A stretch of DNA of 63,752 nucleotides from Malacoraja senta (lineage: Eukaryota), in contig JAXLNO010000706.1 in the NCBI GenBank assembly GCA_038087875.1, forward strand, positions 1 through 63,752, in the 5' to 3' direction. The translations under genes were made by a program, and so were the position numbers. The notes beneath the pieces were generated by a model that ran no database searches, was not told the origin of the DNA, and saw only the letters and a list, made by a program, of their open reading frames with translations. Shown piece by piece: positions 60,727-63,752 of the stretch; within the stretch, counting starts at the first letter, position 1, and the number at the start of each line of letters is the position of its first letter.

Positions 60727-61275
60727 TAACTTCTCTAACTCTCTCTAACTTCTACAGGTGCACAGTAGAGAGCATGCTGACCGGTTGCATCGTGGCTTGG
60801 TTTGGCAACGAGCGCCCAGGAACGGAAAAGACTACAAAAAGTAGTAAACACTGCCCAGTCCATCATTGGCTCCGACCTCCCTACCATCGAGGGGATTTAT
60901 CGCAATCGCTGCCTCAATAAGGCTGGCAGCATCATCAAGGACCCACAGCATCCTGGCCACTCACTCATCTCCCCGCTGCCATCAGGTAGAAGGTACAGGA
61001 GCCTGAAATCTGCTACATCCAGATTCAGGAAAATCTTCATCCCCACAGCCATCAGGCTATTAAACACAACTTCAAACAAGCTATGAACTATAACAGCCTA
61101 TTGCACTTTATCTGTTTACTGATGTGTGTACATCTATATATTCTATGGTATATGGACCCACTGATCTGATCTGTATTTATGACTACAATATCCTGTTGTG
61201 CTGCAGCAATGCAAGAATTTCATTGTCCTATCTGGGACACATGACAATAAACTCTCTTGACTTGACTTGACTTGG
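60727..61275 (+). mobile_element. Rex/Babar LINE 3' fragment
   Basis: Closely similar to 46105-46640. Confidence 0.88.
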
Positions 61276-62154
61276 AGGATCTTGCAGAGGTGGGTAAGAT
61301 CATGAGAGGACTAGAATGCCCAGAGTTTTTTTATACAGAGTAGGGGATTTAAAAACCAGAGGACATAGTTTTAAGTTGAGGAGGGAAAGATTCAATATGA
61401 ACCTGATGGGCATTTGTTCAAACACAAAGAGTGGTGGGGATGTGGAACGAGCTGCTGGAGGAGGTAGTTGAGGCAGGTATTATCACAACGTTTAAAAAAA
61501 CATTTGGACAAGTACCTGGATTGGAAAGGTTTAGAGGGATGTGGGCCAAACGGGGGCAGATGGGACTAGTGCAGATGGGGCACGATGCTCGGCATTGGCA
61601 AGTTGGGCTGAAGGGCCTGTTTCCACGCTCTATGACTAAGGATAGCACACAAACATAGCTTTTCACTGTATCTAGGTACACGAGGCAATCACATAGCAGA
61701 AGCAAAGTTAAGGTGGACTCAACGTCACATTTATGAAGAGTTGCCGATGTATTTGCAAAAGAAGAATGAGCAGGATTTTTCTTCGTGCGTTTGAGGCAGC
61801 AGGGTTTATGTAATGGTCTCCAGGCACTGTAGCCACTTCAATGTGCTGTTGTCGAGGGCCCTGAGGTCTACCCCTCCACCGGGGGGGGGCGGAGGGGGAG
61901 ACCTTACCAGCAGGATTGAGAGGGAGGTTGACGTGGCTGGATTGCTTTTGCAGCGAGCCAGCACGATCACAATGGGAGGAATGGCCTCTTTCCATACTGT
62001 AATCAATCTGTGATGCTGTACAGAAACTTTGTTGCTCAGTGCCTTTCAACTGATGCCCTGAGACAGCGTTTAGCAAAGCACCAAGAAGAAGGGTCCCTCC
62101 GCTCCACAACATTCCCCGGAGACCGACCCATCACCGTGTAGGTCCTGCCTTTGT

Positions 62155-62912
62155 TAGAATCTGAATCTGAATCTGAATCAGATTTTATTCGCCAAGTATG
62201 TTTTGCAACATACGAGGAATATCACTGGCCAGGTCAGTCATAAAATTAAAAGCAACAGATCACTCAAACACATTTTAACATGAACATCCACCACAGTGAC
62301 TCCTACACATTCCTCACTGTGATGGAAGGCGAAAATAAAGTTAATGTCCTTCCCTTTTGTTCTTCCTCGGTCTTGGGCCTCGAGCCCTCCGTTGACAGGA
62401 TGATCTTGACTCCCGTAGCCGGCGGCGTTCGGGCCCTCCGCGTCGAGTCGATCAGCTCCTGCATCGGAGGGATGTCAGCTCCCCGCACTGGGCGATCGAA
62501 CCTCGCGTCGGGGCTGGTCGAACCTTCCGCGACGTTAGAGCTCCCGACTAGCCGCTCCCGGCTGTGAGCCCTTGATGGAAGTCCACGGTGGTCGTCGTGG
62601 GAGCGATCCCAGGCAAGGGATCTGCTGCGATGTTCAGTCCGCTCCCCGCGGTGGGGCTCACAGTCCGAGGAGGCCTCCAGCTCCAGCGATGGTAGGCTGC
62701 AGAGCCCGGAGAATATGATCCGAAAATTGATCACATCTCTGGGAAGGTAGGAACTTGAAAAAAAAGTTTTCCCCGTTCCCCTCCCCCCCCCTACATAAAA
62801 CAAACCGAAGTACATTAAATCAAACTTTTAACAACACTAAAAATAACAAAAGATGAAAATAACGAACAGACTGCCGGCAGGGCTGGCCATCTCCCCGGCG
62901 CCCCTGGTGGTC
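62155..62912 (-). mobile_element. GC-rich non-autonomous retroelement with a (TTCAGA)n tail
   Basis: Short tandem tail near 62157-62180; body motif GGGGGG...GGGGAAAACTTTTT is shared with the 1780-2514 insert. Confidence 0.5.
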
Positions 62913-63752
62913 TAAGCCTAGGGCTCCCAAATGGCTCCCAAATTGCAACACCTCACATTTCTCCGCATTAAATTCCATCAACTATTCCTCAGCCCACCCG
63001 CCCAACTGATGAAGATCCTGCTGCAATTTCTGACAACCATCTTCACTATCCACAATGCCACCAATGTTGTGTCATCTACAAACTTGCTAGTCATGCCTTG
63101 TACGTTCTCATCCAATATAGACAATAGGTGCAGGAGTAGGCCATTCGGCCCTTCGAGCCTGCACCGCCATTCAAATTGATCATGGCTGATCATCCCCAAT
63201 CAATCCAAACCATTGATATCGATGACAAACAACAAAGCCAATTTGCTAACCATTCAGCTACCTCCCCTAGGATCCCATGCGATCTAGCCTTCTGGAGCAG
63301 CCTATTGGTATCTCTGGGCTTATTCTTGTCACGTGTACCGAGGTACAGTGAAAAGCTTTGTTTTGCACGCTATCCTATGAGATCAGATAATACTACACAT
63401 GAATACAATCAAGTCAAACTCCAGTACAATAGGTAGAGCAAAGGGGAAGATACAGAGTGCAGAATATACTTCTCAGCATTGTAGCGCATCAGTTCCAGAG
63501 ACAAAGTCCAATGTCCGCAATGGGGTAAATATGAATCGGACAGTACCCTAGCTTATGGAAGGACCGTTCAGAAGCCTGATAACAGATGGGAAGAAGCTGT
63601 TCCTGAGTCTGGTGGTGCGCGCTTTCAAGCTTCTGTACCTTCTGCCTGACGGGTTTCAGAGGAGTTTAGTTTAGAGAAACAGGATGTAAACAGGCCATTC
63701 GGCCAACCAAGTCCATGGCGACCAGTGATCACCCATGTGCTCTTCTATCCTA

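Noticed and set aside
61708..62112. 134-aa ORF with a signal-peptide-like start (MLWSGGTLLLGALL)
   Set aside because: No domain motifs or splice support; it most resembles a decayed Tx1/L1 C-terminal region.

Overview
Eukaryotic, repeat-saturated genomic DNA. The repeat content (CR1 LINEs with HE1/V-type SINEs, Rex/Babar, L1, Penelope fragments) points to a cartilaginous fish, probably a skate or ray (inference). Most ORFs in the supplied track are transposon fragments or their antisense frames. One multi-exon host gene lies on the minus strand (about 38758 to 12515; leader unresolved, possibly near 40.6-41.2 kb). It encodes an Ig-superfamily receptor with two V-set domains, an uncharged TM helix and a long multi-exon tail ending in a canonical ITIM (VIYAAV). 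Domain 1 is Siglec-15-like and keeps the F-strand Arg. The tyrosine-motif tail exons were multiplied by recent intragenic tandem duplications (18.4-27.0 kb). As assembled, Ig exon 2 has a +1 frameshift in a G run and one duplicated tail exon has a -1 frameshift, so the locus is a young pseudogene, a null allele or carries sequencing indels. Other features: an L1 nested in an L1, a Helitron, solo LTRs (one ending in a 27-nt tRNA-Leu copy with no TSD), Harbinger-like MITEs, a Tigger/MER47-like MITE, Penelope-type hammerhead cores, a chain of overlapping hairpins, and a CR1 flanked by a ~255-bp duplication.
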